Source: Candidatus Firestoneibacteriota bacterium
GTDB lineage: Bacteria > Oederibacteriota > D2-FULL-39-29 > JBDRBU01
Assembly (NCBI GenBank): GCA_043822305.1
Contig: JBDRBU010000025.1
Coordinates: forward strand, 1 to 10,493
Length of the DNA: 10,493 bases
Direction: 5' to 3'
Below, piece by piece: positions 7,694 through 10,493 of the stretch; the stretch's first letter is position 1, and each line of letters starts with the position of its first letter. The notes under the pieces are model-generated. The model ran no database searches and was not told where the DNA came from. It saw only the letters and a list, made by a program, of their open reading frames with translations. Made by a program: the position numbers and the translations under genes.

Positions 7694-9603
7694 ATATATG
7701 TAAGTATTTTAAAAGCACTTGGTTTTTAATTTTTGGTTCTATTGTTTTGTCATCCTGTGGTCCAACAAGAAAAGATATTATTGAAACAATGCAAGAACCA
7801 GTGGTTAGCCGTACTGAAATAAAAACTGTTTCAGAATCAAAACAAATTGTATCCCCATTGATAGAAACTACTCAAGAGGTATTTATAGAACAAACTCAGT
7901 ATAAGAAGTTTGATATACCGGGAATTGACTTGAGTAAAAAGGTTCAGTTTAGTTTTAAGGATGAAGATATAGGAAGACTTCTTGAGTTTTTAAGTAAGAT
8001 CAGTGGGATAACTATAGTGAATATTGGTAGTGAAGTTTCTACACAGTTATTAACTGATCCTCAGTCAACAAGTCAGGCTCAGCAGTTATTACAACAACAG
8101 CAGCAGTACTACGGAGGTCAGCAACAACAGCAAAAGCAGGAAACTTCAAAAAAAATAGGGCCTGTTTCAGGTAAGGTTACTATTTATAGTAAAGGAATGG
8201 TTACATTAGAATTGGCTTTTAAAATTCTTGATACTGTACTTCTGGGAAAGGGATATACATCTGTCTTGGTAGGTGATGTTTTAAAAATTGTTCCAATAAC
8301 AGGAATTAGACAAATAAATTTGAAAGTTGTAGTTAATTCAGACCCGAAGATTGCACCAGATGGTGATGATATTGTCGTTCAAATAGTTTTGTTAAAAAAC
8401 TTAACGGCCAGTAAGTTAAGAACTGATTTTGCTAGTTTGATTCCTTCCTGGGGTTTAATATTGTCAAATGAAGCGGCTAATGCTCTTATTTTAATAAACA
8501 GTCTTTCAAATATAAAAACTATGTTGCAAATAATTGATAATTTAGATAAGGCAGCCACAAGAGCAGTTGGAGTTGCTATTTATGAACTTAAATATGCTGG
8601 TGCTAAAACATTAGCCGCGGTTCTTAATGAAGTATTTAGGGGTATAACCTCAAAAGAGGGGCAGCAAACAGTACAACAACAGCAGTACAGACAACAATAT
8701 TTGGCGGGTAGATCTATGCCACAAGAGGCAGAAGAGCAAATTACTATAGTTAGTGATGACAGGAGCAATTCAATAGTGGCCGTTGCATCCCCACAAACAT
8801 TATCTTTGGTTAAAGCAACCATAGAACAACTTGACAAGATGGAAAAGCAGGTTTTAATAGAAGTATTGGTAATTGATGTAACATTAAATAAAGATTTCCA
8901 ACTTGGTATAGAATGGACATTTCCAGCGTCACCCGTAAAATTGGACACAATGGAGTTTTCTTCTGGAACACTTAAATCCGATTTACAATTATCCGATAAA
9001 ATACCTTCATTTTCTTATACGCTTCTTAAAGACCAAACAAAAGTTTTAATTCATAATTTAATGAAGGAAACAAAAGTAGATGTGAAAGCAGCTCCTCGGA
9101 TTTTAACTTTAGATAATCAAAAAGCAATTATAAATGTAGGACAGGATGTTCCTACTTTAACCGGTAGTCAAACTACAAACACTGGGCAGGTAATTTATAC
9201 TTACAAGTATGATAAAGTAGGTGTTATTTTAGAAGTTACCCCTCACATAAACATGGATGATTATATTTCAATGTCAGTAAAACAAACAGTAAGTAAAATA
9301 ACTGAAACCACTTATTTTGGAGCACCCGTTTTAGATAATAGAGAAGCATCAACATCTGTAAGGGTTAAAGATAGTGAAACGATGGTTCTGGGAGGAATTA
9401 TTACAGATAAATCAAGTGTAACAGAAAATAAAATTCCATTATTAGGAGATATCCCATTACTCGGATTTTTGTTTAAATCCGAGCAAAGAATAAGTGAGAA
9501 AACAGAACTTTTATTATTCTTAACCCCGCATATAATTACATCTGCTAAGAGTGCTGGTGAAACTATAAAAAAGTTAGACGAGAAAATAGAAAAAGTTAAA
9601 TAA
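7690..9603 (+). CDS. gspD: Secretin GspD, predicted lipoprotein
   Basis: Lipobox LSSC (Cys23), N0 (FSFKDEDI...SGKVTI), two KH-like repeats ending in LD, QVLIEV, PRILTLDNQKAIINVGQDVP, VGVILEVTPHI, KIPLLGDIPLLGFLF and ELLLFLTPHII. ATGA overlap with the upstream gene and an AGGAGG SD. Confidence 0.95.
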   Translation: MNICKYFKSTWFLIFGSIVLSSCGPTRKDIIETMQEPVVSRTEIKTVSESKQIVSPLIETTQEVFIEQTQYKKFDIPGIDLSKKVQFSFKDEDIGRLLEFLSKISGITIVNIGSEVSTQLLTDPQSTSQAQQLLQQQQQYYGGQQQQQKQETSKKIGPVSGKVTIYSKGMVTLELAFKILDTVLLGKGYTSVLVGDVLKIVPITGIRQINLKVVVNSDPKIAPDGDDIVVQIVLLKNLTASKLRTDFASLIPSWGLILSNEAANALILINSLSNIKTMLQIIDNLDKAATRAVGVAIYELKYAGAKTLAAVLNEVFRGITSKEGQQTVQQQQYRQQYLAGRSMPQEAEEQITIVSDDRSNSIVAVASPQTLSLVKATIEQLDKMEKQVLIEVLVIDVTLNKDFQLGIEWTFPASPVKLDTMEFSSGTLKSDLQLSDKIPSFSYTLLKDQTKVLIHNLMKETKVDVKAAPRILTLDNQKAIINVGQDVPTLTGSQTTNTGQVIYTYKYDKVGVILEVTPHINMDDYISMSVKQTVSKITETTYFGAPVLDNREASTSVRVKDSETMVLGGIITDKSSVTENKIPLLGDIPLLGFLFKSEQRISEKTELLLFLTPHIITSAKSAGETIKKLDEKIEKVK

Positions 9604-9608
9604 TTTTT

Positions 9609-9636
9609 TAAACCTTTTTTAAGTTTCGAAGTCTAA
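9609..9636 (+). promoter_or_regulatory. Putative ECF sigma-factor promoter
   Basis: TAAAC (9609-9613), 16 nt starting CTTTTTT, then AGTCTAA (9630-9636). Resembles the AAAC-N16-CGTC(TA) ECF consensus. Confidence 0.5.
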
Positions 9637-9643
9637 ATAATTA

Positions 9644-9668
9644 GAACGGTCTAAAGACCGTTCACTAC
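9644..9668 (-). repeat. GTAG-family REP-like palindrome
   Basis: Minus strand GTAG-T-GAACGGTC-ttta-GACCGTTC: a perfect 8-bp stem preceded by GTAG, with no adjacent U-tract. Confidence 0.55.
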
Positions 9669-9687
9669 ATAAAAAGGGGGTGGTTTT

Positions 9688-10263
9688 ATGAAGTTAAAGA
9701 TGTTTTTGGTTTTATTGATTTTAGTTGGTTTTGGCTATGCTGAAACTGATGAGATGAAAAAAGAAGGAATGAAAAAAGAAGGGAAGGGAATGATGTCTCC
9801 TCCATCATTTCAGGAGAATATTGAGGCTGAGGCCATAGAGGCCTTAAAGGTGGCTAAAATTAAGAAAGAATTAGATTTAACTCCTGAACAAGCAGGTAAG
9901 TTTTTTGAGAATTATTACAGAGTAGCAGAGGTAAGAAAGGAGTTTTTAGAAAAGAAAATAACACTAATCAATGCTATAAATAGTCTTTTGTCCGAGAAGG
10001 AATTTAATGAAAAGACTGTGGAAGAAAAAGTAAAAGCATATTATAAGTTAGAAAGAGAGATGCAGGAGAAGACGAGAGAGGTACAAGAAAAAGTAGTGGA
10101 TGGACTGTCCTTAAAACAAAAAGCAAAATTGATAGTTTTTGAAAAGAATTTTGAAAAGAATGTAAGAGAAACACTTAAAAAGATGATGGGAAAACGAAAA
10201 CAAGAAGAATGGAAGAATGAAGATAAAAAGAACCCACTACATCCACAAGGTGGTGTTGAGTAG
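9688..10263 (+). CDS. Exported Spy/CpxP/ZraP-like (LTXXQ) helical periplasmic protein
   Basis: Sec signal peptide ending GYA, Met/Gly/Lys-rich N-terminus, ELDLTPEQ motif and a second LSLKQKAK motif, charged helical composition. SD AAGGGGGTG. Confidence 0.75.
   Translation: MKLKMFLVLLILVGFGYAETDEMKKEGMKKEGKGMMSPPSFQENIEAEAIEALKVAKIKKELDLTPEQAGKFFENYYRVAEVRKEFLEKKITLINAINSLLSEKEFNEKTVEEKVKAYYKLEREMQEKTREVQEKVVDGLSLKQKAKLIVFEKNFEKNVRETLKKMMGKRKQEEWKNEDKKNPLHPQGGVE
9754..9783 (+). repeat. 15-bp tandem duplication (MKKEG x2)
   Basis: ATGAAAAAAGAAGGA ATGAAAAAAGAAGGG. Confidence 0.7.
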
Positions 10264-10357
10264 CTTTTGTAGATTTAAATAAATTTCGGTTCTTTCGTAT
10301 TTATTGTGGGTACCTCCTTGGATTTAACAGCCCGCAATGTTGATGGATTTTTAGGTT

Positions 10358-10450
10358 CTTCAGGTTTGATTGTAGAAAATTTATTTAATATTTCTACCTT
10401 TGCCTGAAGCCTCCTTTAATTTGAATTTATCCTAATTTAAGGTTAGGATA
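10358..10450. other. Two stem-loops in the downstream region (possible structured RNA or operator)
   Basis: CTTCAGG (10358-10364)/CCTGAAG (10403-10409) encloses GTAGAAA (10372-10378)/TTTCTAC (10391-10397). A second inverted repeat is TATCCTAA (10428-10435)/TTAGGATA (10443-10450). Confidence 0.45.
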
Positions 10451-10493
10451 TTGACCTTTTTACAGTTCAATTCTTCACTGTGTATTTTATCAC

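Noticed and set aside
2826..8948. Minus-strand ORFs 2826-3029, 6183-6512, 7339-7542 and 8580-8948
   Set aside because: All are antisense to well-supported genes. The Cys runs in 8580-8948 are just the reverse complement of the Gln codons.
9644..9663. Hairpin as a rho-independent terminator of the gsp operon
   Set aside because: No U-tract follows on the + strand (ACTACAT), and the GTAG context fits a REP better.
10265..10397. TTGTAGAT / ATTTCTAC motifs resembling a Cas12a CRISPR repeat
   Set aside because: There are no regularly spaced full repeats with spacers and no cas genes.
143..10465. 10-bp direct repeat CTTTTTACAG at 143-152 and 10456-10465 as a target-site duplication
   Set aside because: It is short and AT-rich, so plausible by chance, and the left copy lies inside gspE-homologous coding sequence.
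10432..10491. Possible 3' end of a convergent minus-strand gene (DKIHSEELNCKKVNILTLN*)
   Set aside because: Only 19 codons are visible at the window edge, which is too little to support a call.

Overview
AT-rich bacterial DNA, probably from a diderm because it encodes an outer-membrane secretin. Most of the window is one tightly packed + strand type II secretion / type IV filament operon in the order gspE-F-G-H-I-J-K-L-(M+C fusion)-D. It is followed by a Spy/CpxP-like periplasmic protein with a probable ECF-sigma promoter and a GTAG-REP-like hairpin upstream. The operon is atypical in several ways. (1) gspE looks decapitated: homology continues upstream of the first usable start codon to about 140, then stops next to the promoter and RBS of a divergent gene. 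(2) GspF has a short N-terminus. (3) GspK lacks the Ca-binding insert and resembles ComEA. (4) A single ORF appears to fuse PilO/GspM and PilP/GspC. (5) The secretin is a predicted lipoprotein with no apparent N2 or S domain and carries poly-Gln inserts. No prepilin peptidase is encoded in the window. A degenerate 9-nt repeat occurs both intergenically and in-frame in gspL, and the last ~230 bp are structured and probably non-coding. All family calls come from motif recognition by eye; no database searches were run.
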